From Camelus ferus (taxonomy: Eukaryota), in assembly GCF_009834535.1 (NCBI RefSeq), contig NC_045697.1:22880001-22944000 (forward strand): a DNA stretch of 64,000 bases. The letters are read 5' to 3'. Shown here piece by piece: positions 41,055 to 54,272 of the stretch (position 1 is the first letter of the stretch; each line of letters opens with the position of its first letter). Position numbers and translations under genes: made by a program. The notes beneath the pieces were generated by a model. It was not told the origin of the DNA, searched no databases, and saw only the letters and a program-made list of their open reading frames with translations.

Positions 41055-41449
41055 ACATACCATCTCCCATCTGTAAACTTATCTTTCAAGTATGACAAGA
41101 ACTGAGATCTGTTCCTTTTCCCTTTTGGGATAACACTTAAAATACTATTATATTTATATTGTAAATATCATTTATATATATTTATTGGTATATTATTTTA
41201 TATGTAAATATATCTTATTTATATACATATATATAAATCATTTGGAGGAAATATCGGATGTGGTAAAGTCTAAGATAGGCAGCATCAGCTTGGTTTTCTT
41301 AAGATGTACTTATGATTTAATATGCAGTCTATAAAACAGAAATTATAATATTTAGACATAAAAAGACCCTTGTGAAAAATGAAAAAGCAATGAAAAATGA
41401 CATTGAATCAAAATATGCTGACAGCTTTGGATGTTAATATTTGACCATG

Positions 41450-41735
41450 CTGGTGTTACTTTGTCGAAACATGGCAGCCTTCACATTGTTTTAGTTTTCT
41501 CTGGCGAGGTAGCTCCCAGGGAAGCACACGTGTCCTCTGGGGGCCTCGCTTCTGGATGGGCGTGCAATTCCTTCTGCCGTATTTTATCAGCCAAAGCAAC
41601 TTACAAAGCCAGTCCAGATTCAAGAGATGGGAAAATAGACTTAGCCTTTTAAACTAAGGAAAACATATTGTCAGAATGTAAAGGATGAAGGGCCAGGATG
41701 AGTGAAGAACTGCAGCCGTATTTGCAATCTACCAG
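41450..41735 (-). mobile_element. MaLR LTR, MLT1F/G/H-like, 5' part
   Basis: Reverse complement ggtagattgcaaat...gtctattttcccatctcttgaatctggactggctttgtaagttgctttggc. Confidence 0.8.
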
Positions 41736-42414
41736 AGAAGATGAATTCTCCCTGCTCCCGCCTTTCATAAAATACTCGAGGAATATTCTCCAAAGCCCAA
41801 GCTGTGTGAAAAAGGGTCAGAGAACTGTATGAAACGTTTATTTTTATAGGAAAAGAGACTTCTGAAATTAGTCCTATCAATTTTTCTAACAGGGAAATTT
41901 AAAAAATGTGAAACACTTCTGAAATATAGGGGTTTTTTTTCCTGGCTATATAGCAGTTATGAATATTTCATAGATTAATTGAAGTGATTTGTCAGATTAT
42001 AAAAGTAAATGTCATGAAATGTAGAATAAAATATGTTATTATGAATGTATGACAAAGATAATAAATAAATATGCAACCAATATTTATATGAAACATCAGT
42101 TCTAAATGCTTATTTTATTTTAGTGGAGGGCAATAAAATGTGTAACGAAGTAAGCATTATTTTATTTATTGAAATAGCATCATAAATGTACATGACATTA
42201 CAATGATCAGTGTTAGACAAATAGCAATTTCTGTTCGGAAAAATTATGAATATATATAAATAGCCCTGATGGAGAAGAAGAAAACACATGTTTTAATGGA
42301 GGCATATGAATGTGAATTCTTACAAGATTTTTAAAGTGGACATAGTTGGAAATATGAATAGCAGTGAATATACTGTGCATTGTTTTAAATAGGCAACTCA
42401 CATGTTGATAAAGT

Positions 42415-43685
42415 TTCAAACATTTTATTATGAAAAATATCAATTCTCCAGAAAACGAGAAGGTAGAGGGTAATTTCTATATACCATATGATTCACATAA
42501 GTCATTTATCGTTAACATCTGCCACACTGTGTTACCTCTTCCATCCTTCTCTCCCTGCTCTCTTTCCCTCTCCTTCCTCTCTCCCTGATTTTTTTCAATC
42601 CAAACGTTTGAAAACCTTCAGCCCCTAATTCCTATGAATAAGGACAATCAGCTACGTGATTACAATAGCATTATACACATAAGGGAGTTATTAATATTGA
42701 TATCATGATGTTGTCTAACTGAAAATGTTTCAAAATTTCCCAATTTTCCCCAAAGTATCCCTTATCCATTTTTCTCCCAACCCAACCCAGGATCCTGATC
42801 ATTTTTAATATTATAAGCCAGTTATTTTGAAGAATGGCATTCAGCTAGGGTCTGTCATGCATACTTCCTCATAATGAAATGGAAGGAAAAGGGGGCAGGC
42901 CACAACCATTGAAGGAATGACACAGCAGTCGAGGACAGGATAAACTGATCAGAACCAAGATGGCAAAAGATTTGACTTCCAGTAGACCTTGAGCCTCATG
43001 GCACACGCACAGGCGCCATGACAATTCCTAGGCTGACCGTAAAAGGTCAAAGTGGGAGGGGAGGGCATTTCCTGAAAATCCTCGCCCCTTCCTCAAAGTA
43101 GTTGGAATAATCCACCTACTCATTAGCATGTGAGATTACAGAGCCCATAAAACCTAACGACTCCGCACCTCATGGCCACTCTCACTTGCTCTGTCGCTGT
43201 CACCTTCTGAGACAGCCTGCACTCTGTCTATGGAGTGTGTATCTACTTTAAACACCCCACACCTCTCAGCTTCTCTCCCTCTCACCTTTCTGAGATGGCC
43301 CACATTCTGCCTGTGGAGTGTGTATCTCCTAAGCCACTTTCCCTTCTGAGAGAGACAGACTGCACTCTGTCCATAGAATGTGTGTCTCTCTAAATAAACT
43401 TACTTTTACTTGACCATGCCTTGCTCTTGGATTCTTTCCTGGGTGAGGCAAGAACCTATTCTACCCCAACAAGACTAGCAAAATGTGTCAGAGAAAAGGT
43501 GCTGTGTTTTTCTCCTTGCATTAGAACAACTAGCTGCCAATTTTAATTTATCCTAGTACTTACGCTTTTAACTTAGATCCTTTGATTTAGGTGGGGCCTT
43601 CCAGAAGGATTATCTATTGCAAAGCTACCCTTTAATTGCTTTGCAATTAAAAAAGTAATCCATATAAGTGTACTTTGAGACTCCA
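42415..43685 (-). mobile_element. Old L1 (L1MC/ME) 3' end, interrupted by a MER41-like LTR
   Basis: attttattatgaaaaatatcaa..., gaataaggacaatc, gccagttattttgaagaatg, tttgcaattaaaaaagtaatc...actttgagact. Confidence 0.6.
42875..43471 (+). mobile_element. MER41-like ERV1 solo LTR
   Basis: accaagatggc, gcgccatgaca, gaataatccacc, ctctgtctatggagt, AATAAActtacttttact, attctttcctgggtgaggcaagaacc occur in the same order as in MER41. Confidence 0.8.
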
Positions 43686-43822
43686 GGCCGGAGCTCCTCA
43701 CCAATCCTCTCCACTTCATACGATGCCTTTCACACCCTTGAACTCCAGAACTCTAGCCTACATTCCCTAGCCCATAGTCACCACCTCCCATCACACTCTC
43801 ATCTGTCTGAGCCCTGCTTTTA

Positions 43823-43846
43823 GGTTGTTTGTTTGTTTGTTTGTTT
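43823..43846. repeat. (GTTT)n repeat
   Basis: Read directly. Confidence 0.9.
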
Positions 43847-46324
43847 AAGGCTACCCCCATATTAATTCTTAGATGTTTCTCTCACGTTTAGCTACTCTCC
43901 TAAGGTTTATGTTGATATTTGTTTTGTGAGTGTTCAAGTCCCTTCACTTTCTGGAGTACAACATGCAGTAGAGCATAGTAATTGACAAGAATTTGACCAA
44001 AACTGAGTAACTAGGAAGGAGGAATAAATAGCTCAGTCGTTATTAATTGTGTGCATTATTTGTGCCAGATCCTGATTAAAGGTATATCAAAAATTAAAAG
44101 ACATGAATTTTCTCCTTAAGGTGTATAGAATCGAAAGTAGGTTACATAGACACTAATAAAGTGAATTGAATGTGGTCGATGGAAAAGTGTTGCTACGTAG
44201 AGGGTATTATGACAGATAAAAGAGAATTTAGCCCAAATTTGAGTGCAAAGTTGGCTTCCAGCTGAAATATTTGGTATTTGCCTTGAATTTCTAATATTTC
44301 AGAATCTACTGCTGGCATTTGTATTCCATTTAGACTTAGGTGTCAACGTCATTATTCATTTCCATGTAACCCACATTTGATGACTGAAGCTTAGTCCCTT
44401 TATTCAATGCTAAGATGTAACGCCTTCTTTGGTTCAGGGTGCTGAGATGTCAGCAGTTAGAGGGTATTTACCACACATTTAATGTACAGTCAGCAATGTA
44501 AAACAATAAAGAGCGCATTTATTAAACAAAGTAGAACATCATTTTTTTAAATGATTGTGAATCATGTGTTTTTGTTTGGTCCGTACCGGTTGTGGTAAAA
44601 GTTACTGTATTTTGTGGGAAAAAACTCACAATAGACCAAATTTTGTCAATTATCTCTACTCATAGGATGTAAACTTATTACAGAATATGTAATATTTAAG
44701 TGGGGTGAGTTTTGAACTTGCTGAGCCTAAACTAGGCACAACAGAAAATGTAGATTTTTGCCTACACAAAGTATATTCTGTGAACTATTTTCTCAGATTT
44801 TGATGCTGTCCTGGGTTTCAAGGGACCAAAGATGGTCTGCAACACTTAAATTTCCCATGTTCACAATCTAATTTTTCAGCTAGCCATGGAGAATTTATAA
44901 CCCAATCCTTCAGAAACCTCTCCAACTTCCACAAAGAATACCCTCTTGCCTAAAGTAGTGTCAACCGATCACAGGTGAGAATCATAATCCTGTTCACTTG
45001 TTGACCATATCCTTACCATCAAATGTATGTACTTGTCATTTGCCTTCTTGTACTAAAGTCTGTCTTTCCAGAAGAAATCTAAGGTAATCACTGCAACTTT
45101 ATCATCACAGACTGTGAATGTTGCAGTTACCTAAATATAAAGAAATATCATGTCATCTTTGTCATTTTGAAAGTAGTTTCTTGATAATATCAAGTGTGTT
45201 TACCTACACTTCAATTTTTATAGTGTTGTCATAGAATAAGATAGACTATCCATTTTTAAATAATTGAAACACTTTAAGAAATTAGGATCAGAAAATTAGC
45301 AATCCTCTCGAGATGAAGGAAAGGAAATCACCACTGCTAGTTTTCTAGTTGGGTTAGCTGCATCTGTTGAAGTTGATGGAAGACCTAGAGAAGAATTTCT
45401 TGTTTCTAGATATGCAATAGTCTCCTTAAATCTGCTCTGATGGTATAAGTAGACAAGACTTCCAAAAGAATTGCTTCTTCTTCACTTTTGAGCAGTTTTC
45501 AACTTCTAATGATATACTGATCAGTTTTGAGAATAAATTAACATTTATTTTTTATGATAAGTAAATAATACATTGGCCTACAGCATATCTGTGTTTGAAC
45601 CAGATACAGTCATTCTATTCCACAAATTTTAACACCAATTATTACAATATAGTTTAAAATAAACCTGCAAGCAGTACCTTTTGTATTTAGTCCTTTATAA
45701 AAAAATTTCCTTAAGTATTAAACATTAAAGATAACTATACAGATGAAGTTGAATGTAACACTTAAAAATTGAATATATTCAACTGAATTCTAAAAAGAGA
45801 CAAATCAAGAATTCTCAATTATATAATACTTGGTCTTCCAAAGAAGACTTTTCCAGAGTAATTAGGCTGAATTAACTTTCACTTTGAATATTCTTAAACT
45901 CAAGATGTACATGCCTTTTTTCCTTATGCTGTGTAAGCAAGTGCCAATTTTTGATCAACAAATCAACAACGGATCTGATCACCTACCAGCTTGAGCAGTG
46001 ACCTGCAGAGCAAAAGCAAATGTACACTATTCCCAATTATAGCATCCATTTTTAACCTTGGTTTACTGACACTATTCAGAGAATTTATTTTACTCTTTTA
46101 TCATTCCTGAAATTTCTAAAAGGTCATATTCATCACATAAAATGACCCTAAGCAGAATTTTACACTTATGAATGTAAAGATTGTAAACATAAGATTTATT
46201 CAGCCATAAAAATTATAGCTACATAGAAGCTTTGCTCAAACAAGTCTTAATTGCCTGAAATGAGGCTTGAGAAACCCACTTTGGGATCATATTTTAATAG
46301 GAAGCATCATTTGACCTATGATTA

Positions 46325-46876
46325 TGCCAAAAACAAAACAAAACAGAACACATTGTACCAGATAGAGTTAAAGATTCAAGGAAGACTTTATACAAGACTA
46401 TTGCAACAGCGGTCAATGCTCTTGCAATTTGGTAGAGAAATTAAATTCAACTCTGATGAAACAAAGGCAGGAGAGATTTTAAGCACTGAGTGACCTCGTG
46501 GAAAAGTACTGGAGGACATTCATGGGGAGACTGGTCAATATGATTAGGCCATCTGTGTTTGCTAATTGGTTCTTGTGAAAGTTAGGCTCCTACCCTCCCA
46601 CAGAGACTGGGAGAACAGAGGCATATCTTCCTAACTTCCTTAATGATTATTTTTCAAAAGGATCCTTCCCTGATCCTTGAGAAAGACCTTCATGGGTTGT
46701 GAAACTGGCCAGAGGCTTTTCCAAAAGATTTACATCTCAAAGGTGCAGAGAAAAATTCTATAGTTCTACACTGTTTGAAGAAAATTCTCCAAGAAAAAGG
46801 TCAGGGGTCTACAGTCAGAAAGAAACCTGTCTGACGTTTGCTCAAGCTGAATGAAGCAATAAGATCATCTTGGTTA
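46325..46876 (-). mobile_element. ERV1 solo LTR, MER67-like
   Basis: Reverse complement: taaccaagatg...cagcttgagcaaacgtcagacaggtttctttctgactgtagacccctgacc...ctctgcacctttgagatgtaaatctt. Confidence 0.8.
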
Positions 46877-47037
46877 ACTGACGATTATCACGCACTGGTT
46901 ACTAAAAAATGACACCACCTGACAATGATTTATTTTATGACATAATGTTCAGTCCATATTCAAACTGAACAACTCCTGTTAAGTTGCCATATTTTTTTTT
47001 TATCTCCAAGGGTAGTTTCTATTTCAAGAGGCATAAC

Positions 47038-47500
47038 TATTGGGAGACAAGGTGGGCCAGTGTCATGGTTGGTAAAATAATTTACTAAAGACAAAGAAAA
47101 GTTTAAAAGACAAAGGGAAAACTGTAACAGATAGGCTGCTATAGACGACAGCCCACACAGATGAGAGGTGCCTGCGTGAGCCCTGAGGGTTGGTTGTTGA
47201 GGTCTTTTATAAGGTGGGATCACAAGGCGCCCGATTGGCTTGTGCCCAAGTCTCTGATTATGTAAGTGAGACAAGTTTAGGACCTGTGAAGAGTTAATGG
47301 GATTTGTGACTCTGATAAGGTGGGCTGAAACAATCCAGTCTGAGCTATTGTGAGATTAATCATTACCTAGGGCTATCAATTTGTTAGGGCAAACATGCCC
47401 AGTAAAGAATGTACTTTTTCTTTTGAGGATTGCAAGCAGATATCCGAGAGCTCAGGAATGGGGGGTCATTAGATTTTAAAGAATGCCAGTTGGCCCCACA
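47038..47500 (-). mobile_element. Solo LTR, family not recognised
   Basis: Reverse complement starts TGTGGGG, has CCAAT then TATAAAA boxes; flanks ataac/attac fit a 5-bp TSD. Confidence 0.7.
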
Positions 47501-48069
47501 ATTACTGTAATAACAAACAACAACAAAAAGGTAGTCAATGCACAAAACTTAACCTCTACCCTTTACTTTCTTTGATCAAGCTGTGATTTTTCAAATCCAT
47601 CTCAAGAAAATATAACTCAGCAACTTTAAGTTCTATAGTTGATTCCTAGAGAAAATGTCAAAAGAAATCCCAGGAATAAGAAATAGCAAATTATAGATCA
47701 GATTTGCTTCTTTCCATGCTATCAACTGTGACGGTCTGCTGCATTGTTTTCAGGAAAGTATTTTGGCACATTTGGAATTTAGGTATTCATTAATGTGGTT
47801 GATTAGGTTTTGTGATTCTGAAGCACTTTTAAGGAAATATCAAGAGGAACATTGATTTATTGTGCAGTTTACAACTGCTGGGTTTTAGCAGATATGCTCT
47901 CTCCTGTGAAGTATATTTTAGAAAAAGTGATTGTATCAATCTTTCCTTTTTTTTGTAAGTTCATCCAATGACAATAAAACAGAAGACTCATAGGTTAAAA
48001 CTTTTGCCAAGATAATTTCCATGTTTGTCTTTTGTAAAGAGTCTCTAATATTTTCATCAAAACTTAGTG

Positions 48070-48295
48070 TGTTCTCACTCTATGCAAAGAAATTAACATA
48101 CGTTATTTCATTTAATTATAATAATGGTCCTGTGAGGTTAAATATTTTTTATGATGCTTATTTCCAAATAAAAACATAGTTCTTACCTGTGTTAAGGAAC
48201 TCATCCATGGTTACCCAGCTATTAGATGATGGAGACAGCATTTCATGCATGGATGTAAGATTTCAGAATCCAGGCACTTAACTCTCAGGGACCAC
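48070..48295 (-). mobile_element. MIR SINE
   Basis: ttatttcatttaatt...cctgtgaggtta...gttaaggaactcatccatggttacccagct...ttcagaatccaggcacttaac. Confidence 0.75.
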
Positions 48296-50439
48296 TGGCC
48301 CTCCCTTTAATGCCAGTAAAGTGTGTTCATTTTAAATTCTAATGGAAAGAAAATGGCAGAGGAAAAAGTCAAGGGAAATGTAAGTAATTAGAAGACTTTG
48401 ACAACATACTGGAGATCAGCTGAAAAGGTAAAATACAGTGTCTGTAAAGACAGTCAAATGAGCCCTTTGGATGATAAAATCCAACCTCATTTCCAGAACA
48501 TAATGACTGAGACTAAGCAATGAATCTGTAGCTCTTTTTCTGGGGAGGAGGAGCAGGGAAGAAAATAGAAAATGAAAATCACCTGTACATCAAGAAAAAG
48601 AAAAGAAAAATAGAAAATAAAATGGCTTGAATAAGTCCAATAGGAAATTTTTGAGCATTAGCTCAATCAAATGAAGGATAAAGCTTGAAACTGGGTAAAT
48701 CTGAAAGCCATCAAAAAGAAACACAAATATACGTATAAGTTTATATCATTCCTTTATACTGTACTCTGATATCTATATGTTCACAAGAATGATGGTTGCC
48801 ATTTCCTTAAATCTCATAAATGACTTGTATATTTTAGTAAAACAATGAAAAGATTGAATTGAAGTAAAAGTATGTTGTAGCATTATTTCAATTCTTATAA
48901 CAACTGTTTAGCTCCAAAAATGAAATCCTATTTTATATGCCTGAGAAAAAAGTGCAATCCAATACAATCCTCTTATGAATATGTTTTTAGTACAAATAGT
49001 TACCTTTAATAATTTCATTTTGTGGGTGTGTGTGTGTGAATCTGAACTCCTGTATATTAGAATTTCTTCCAAAGAAGATCTAGTTATATTGGAAGAAGAA
49101 AAGAGAAGAGTGTAACCAATTTTTAAATGTCCTTGAAACACTATAGTTGGCAAAATCCCCATCCAAGTATAAAATAAGCTTAGCTTCCAATTAAAATATT
49201 ACAAGTTGGTACTAAATCTAACCAACAATTTGAAACCTTCAGTAACACAAAAGTTGTCACTGTTTTTTAAAAAGGTGGTAGACAATGCCTCACCAAAAAA
49301 GAAATTTTTGAAAGTGACTACCCTAAGAGCAAAAGGATTCAAAGATAGAAACAAAGAAGAAATAAAGAGTGCTGAATTAAAATGTGTTGTTAGCATCTTT
49401 CATTTATTTAATAATACATTAAAAGAAAGAGAAAAAAGACCTTAGATGTATTGAAACTTATGATTCCCTTAAGTGTTTGATAATTATCCCCTAATTATGA
49501 TGGCAGATTTTAAAGTAAAATGATGTTGGTTTAGAAAATTCCTTTCTTGTGACAAATATTGCATTGTCATATAATGTGACTTAAAGTTCTTCAAATGCTT
49601 CTGGCAGTCACTGAATTTCAGAAGTTTTTAATAATACTTCATGAGAAAAGTCATACAAAGTTTCTTTCTCTACTTACCCAGATGATGTTACCTGTGCCAC
49701 TAGGATGTTCCCATCAGTAAAATTAATTAAATATCACTTCCTAACCATGACAATGCCCAAGACGGAAGTTGAGCTTCTTCCATGACCGCTAAGTTTCAGT
49801 ATCCATTGTGGAGAGTTTCATCATTCAAGAGGTTTTTGATTTTCCCAAGTTCCTAAATATAATAGATTTATTCAGTGTTTTGGCAATTTTCTGCTAAAAA
49901 AAAAATACGTTCATAGTCAGTGGCCTTCAAACTCCGCCTTCTGTTTCATGAAATATCTGGAATAATGGTTATAATAAACTATAAAAGGCAATAATAATTA
50001 CAATGGGGGCATTTCACACTGAGGGTTTAGTATTGACAGGATAATCTTTAATCAGTGGGGGGACAAAAGGTTACTCTTCTGTTGTAATATGCATGCATAC
50101 ATTTTCCTCTTCTCCATTTTCACCTTTTAAAGCGCATGTTTATCTTTTAATATGAAAACTGTGCTGACATAGTTTGTCTGCACTGCTTCTGTATGTCTAG
50201 GAGTTATCGCAGTGACAACGGAACCTTCTGCCTAGAGGTGAGTCATTCACAGTGTTTTACACGTGGTGAACAGAGGGCACTGACTGCATGTGATTCTAAA
50301 AAAGCACTTCTGTAAATAAAAATTATCTTTATCCAGATTCAAAAACAGTAGTCTCATTTTTTTTTCCTCCCTCTGGCAGTAAAACAGATCTAAGCATTTT
50401 AAAAGAATCAAAAAATTTTTTTTCGTAAAACCTAGTCAA

Positions 50440-51495
50440 CATTGTGGGAGCACAATGAGGAGAAGGAAATCATGAAATAAGTTTGAAATGAGACAGGGAC
50501 TGATCATACTGGAATTTCTAAATCATAGCAAAGAGTCTTGAGTCTATTTTAAATGTAATGAGGACCTTTGATTGCATTAGAGCTTGGAATGGTATTATCT
50601 GACTTAAATCCTCAAGAGTTCGATCTGTCAGACACGTAGTAATTGGGTTAGGTAAAGACAGAAGGAAATGAAACCGGTAAGGAGACCATTTGACTAAACC
50701 ATACAGGAAGTGATGGTGTCTTCGCCTGTGAGGATGTCAGTGAAAGGATGAGACTCTTTCACAGCATGAGCAGGATTTCTAGGCAGGTTAGGAAAAAAAG
50801 ATGGGAACAAAGGAAAGAAAGAAATGAGGCGTACTGGTTATTGACCAGAGTGACTGGTACGGACTGGTTTTACACAGTAAAGTAGGGAAAGTGCAAAGGC
50901 AGAGATTGAAAGCGATGGGTTACAAATCAAAATGTTATATGGATATATTGTACTGGACATGCTATTAGAAACTCTTGTGAAGTATGTGGGAAGCAGGAGA
51001 ATTTAGAAGCTTTCAAGTCTGTAATTCAGGGGGAGGTCTGAACAGGAGATAAAATAGCAGTCATTTCCATATCATTGATCAAAGGCAAAGCTTAATACAC
51101 TGTGAAGTACCTTATAACTTAGTGTAAGAGCTTAGCCTTTTCCCCTGAGTGAGGAGAGAAGCCAGTACCAAATTTCAAGCATAGAAGTAATGTGAACTGA
51201 ATTGTTTTTCACTCCTGTGTTGACAACTGAAGGGCAACAAATATGGAAGCTGGGAGACTAGTCAGGAGAAAAGGATGACAGCACTGATGGCTGACAGATG
51301 CAACATGGGCTTGTAAGAGACACAGAGGTGAAGAGGGGGACTCCAGCTGTGAGTCTAAGCCACCGACAGGAACATAGGTATTTTATGAGAGGGAGAATAT
51401 TGCAGGAAGCACTCAATTTTGGACATGGTAAGTTTGAGAAAACAATTGGATATCTGGATAAAGTATCAAAGAGACAGTACAATATGAACCTTAAA
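50440..51495 (-). mobile_element. L2 LINE fragments
   Basis: Purine-rich antisense L2 motifs (gagtctattttaaatgtaatgagg, ggaagctgggagactagtcaggag, ttttggacatggtaagtttgag). Confidence 0.65.
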
Positions 51496-51504
51496 TACGG
51501 ACAT

Positions 51505-51920
51505 GGTGGCCCTGGCTTGTCTTTCTGGTTTGATCTCTTGACATTTTCTTATGTTGTACAAGAAACATTGTGAACTATTTTTTGCTTCCCTAAACATACC
51601 ATGCTCTTTCTAATTGTTATACTTTTGCATATATAATTCCTACTGTATAGACTGACCTTCCCTGCCTACTCATTTTTCAAGAATTTTTACAATATCAACC
51701 AGTTTATGAAGAGTTCTCTGAAATTTACAGGCAAAGTATGTTCTCTCCTAATATTCTGTATTCAAATGATGTTTTGGATGGTTATTAAAATATTTTGTTT
51801 GCATTAATTTCCTCAACTCGAGTTCTTCCAGAGAAAATATAATTCTAATTTACTTTCAGATCCCCAAATATGGAATTAGCTACAGAGTAAGCACTAAATA
51901 AATTATGAGGAAGGAAGGAA
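51505..51920 (+). mobile_element. L2 LINE 3' end
   Basis: ccctaaacataccatgctcttt, cctactcatttttcaag, acagagtaagcactaaataaattatg tail. Confidence 0.6.
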
Positions 51921-53649
51921 ACAAGAGGAGGATGAGTTGTGCAGGAAAAGAAAGGAAGTAATTCTCATTGAATACTTCAAATTCATTTGAATTAAATCAA
52001 ATTTAAAAATGAATTTGTGATTTCATAATGTTTACTAGAGGATTTTCATACTCTTGATTCTTCTATGACTAGATATTGAATGCTAAGTGATGCTAAGTTT
52101 ATGGTAATTTTTTAAAAACACACCAGTATATTTATGTGTGTGAGTGTGTGTGTGTTTTGTGTATGTATATGTGTATAAATCCTTGTCAATCTCTACTGCA
52201 AGAACTGTCTTATTCTAATCAGAAATTTACCCACTTTCTGGGAAGTCATCTAGCATTCAGTAAGAAAACTCTCACTCCAGAGGGCAGAATTGTAAATATT
52301 TTAACTGTCTTAACCATCAAAGCTTTGTTAAATTTACAGTAAATTTTAGAAAATGGTTTTTATTTGTGATATCAGAAGCTTATTAATTGTCATACCAGAT
52401 TTTAGAAATGGATGTTCATTGGTAAAATGATTGATATTCAGGGCATGTAGGTTGGCTAAATCATTTTCAAGACAATTTTCACCCTTGTGTATACAGCAAG
52501 CCTAAGGGTCTGGATCTCTAGGAATAGTGAAAGGAATTTATTCCAAAATGTGTCTAAATCCATCTGTTGATTTATAGGATTCTAGTTACCTCGTTCTGTT
52601 AACTAAATCCTTCTTCCAGAGTATTATAGTGTTTGACACAAGTAAGCTTTTCACATACAAAATATACACATATATATAATGGGAGAATCTGAAACAACAG
52701 AAAGATGGAGTCATCATCTTATTGAACAAGCTGTAAACCTTTTTCATAGCAAGTATTTGTTTAATAAATGTTTTATACCAAGCAGAATTTATTTGATGAG
52801 ACTTTTGGGAAAGTGACTAACTCTCACTCAACTTTCACTTCGGCAATCACCATTATTAAGAATTGTCAAGATCAAATTGGCTTGAGTCAGCCAGAAACAC
52901 TGGGCATGTCTGAAAGTTCCTGAACAATGGCTCTATGTAATATGGTGCAGAAAAAGCAGAAAGAGAGATGACAGAACTTGGAGACAAAGCACTTGACTGT
53001 TGCCGCCTCTGTTGATGAAGACAAGTGTGCTTGCCAGAGTTCTTTTACAAATGTGCTGAGGTGTTCCATAGAAGGCAACAAAGCTTTCATAAGGTTAGGC
53101 AAGATAGAAAACCCTTCAACATAATGAAAATTAATCTCTTCTCTCTGACGAAGCTCACAATATCCCCACTTCTCTCTCAACAGACCATAAAGAAAAAAAA
53201 AAGTGTTCAAAGAAACACAGGCTTGAGCATTCAAAGATTACTTACCCCTGATCTACATCTTGCTTTTCTCATATCTTCTCTCAAATGTAAAGTCATTGTC
53301 ATCTATAAAACTAAAAGTATTTATTTCAGTTTTTTATTGGATGTAAACTGGTCTCTGAAAGAAATTGCAAACTCCTCCAGGTCAGGGGCTAGGGAAATGG
53401 AAGGCACTTGACAATGAAGTGAAATTAGAGAATATGGCAATGAAGTGATCCTCCCCTCTCTCAAGGACTGTAGAAAGGGGATCGCTTCAGAAAAAAAAGT
53501 CCCTTGGTGCCCCAAGGAAGCCCTGTCTCACGTAAGGTTTCCCTATTTGCATACACCAGGTGCTTTGAGATGCAGCCTGTTCCTGGATGTGGTGGCATCC
53601 CTCTTTCTACTGCAGCTCACCAGACTTCAGGTCACAGTTCCCTCAGCAC

Positions 53650-54095
53650 TGAAATGAAGCAGGACCCTATGGGGCCTTCCCAGGACAGATCCTCCCCAGC
53701 CCTCATGTCCCCTGTCTGCCTTTCATCTGTAGAGAAACTTTAGCCAAAGAATAAACTTAATCAGAGAAGTGAGAAGATGCAGACGCAAAGGAAAGCAGTC
53801 AAACAGGACAAAATAATAATAGTTGAGTCACTAAACAAAGTCAGAGGCCTTTAGTTCCTCTCAAGGGCTGTAGATAACATTCTGAGCCTTATCCTTTGAG
53901 CTGTTTGGTAGAGACTGAAACTCCCACCAGGTGGTGGAAGTTAACTACGTGATGACCAGACTGTAGCCAGAAGGTAAGCTGTCACAATTCTGAGAAGTGG
54001 CCTCAAAGCGATGGGAGCAAACCAACCCTGGGACTAAAGATTAACTGTCTTTAAAGCAGTCAGGATGATGCTGATCAGACCACCACATGACCAGA
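53650..54095 (+). mobile_element. ERV1-type LTR, 3'-truncated
   Basis: Starts tgaaatgaagcaggaccctatggggcc; homology breaks off into MLT1 without a CA-terminated U5. Confidence 0.7.
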
Positions 54096-54272
54096 TTCCT
54101 CCTTAAAGCCTCCAGAAAAAAAATCATGCTTGCTGACACCTCGATTTTAGCCTGGTGAGACCTGTCTTGGATTTCTTACATACAGAACTATAAGAGAATA
54201 AATGTGTGCTGATTTACGTGATTAAGTTTGTGGTAATTTATTTGTTACAGCAAGTAACAGAAATATCATAAA
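54093..54272 (+). mobile_element. MaLR LTR, MLT1D/E-like, 3' half
   Basis: gcctccagaa...tgctgacacctcgattttagcctggtgagacc...agaactataagagAATAAAtgtgtg...aagtttgtggtaatt. Confidence 0.85.

Noticed and set aside
43203..43387. CRISPR-like repeat-spacer array
   Set aside because: Three divergent units with irregular spacers inside a retroviral LTR in mammalian DNA; no cas genes
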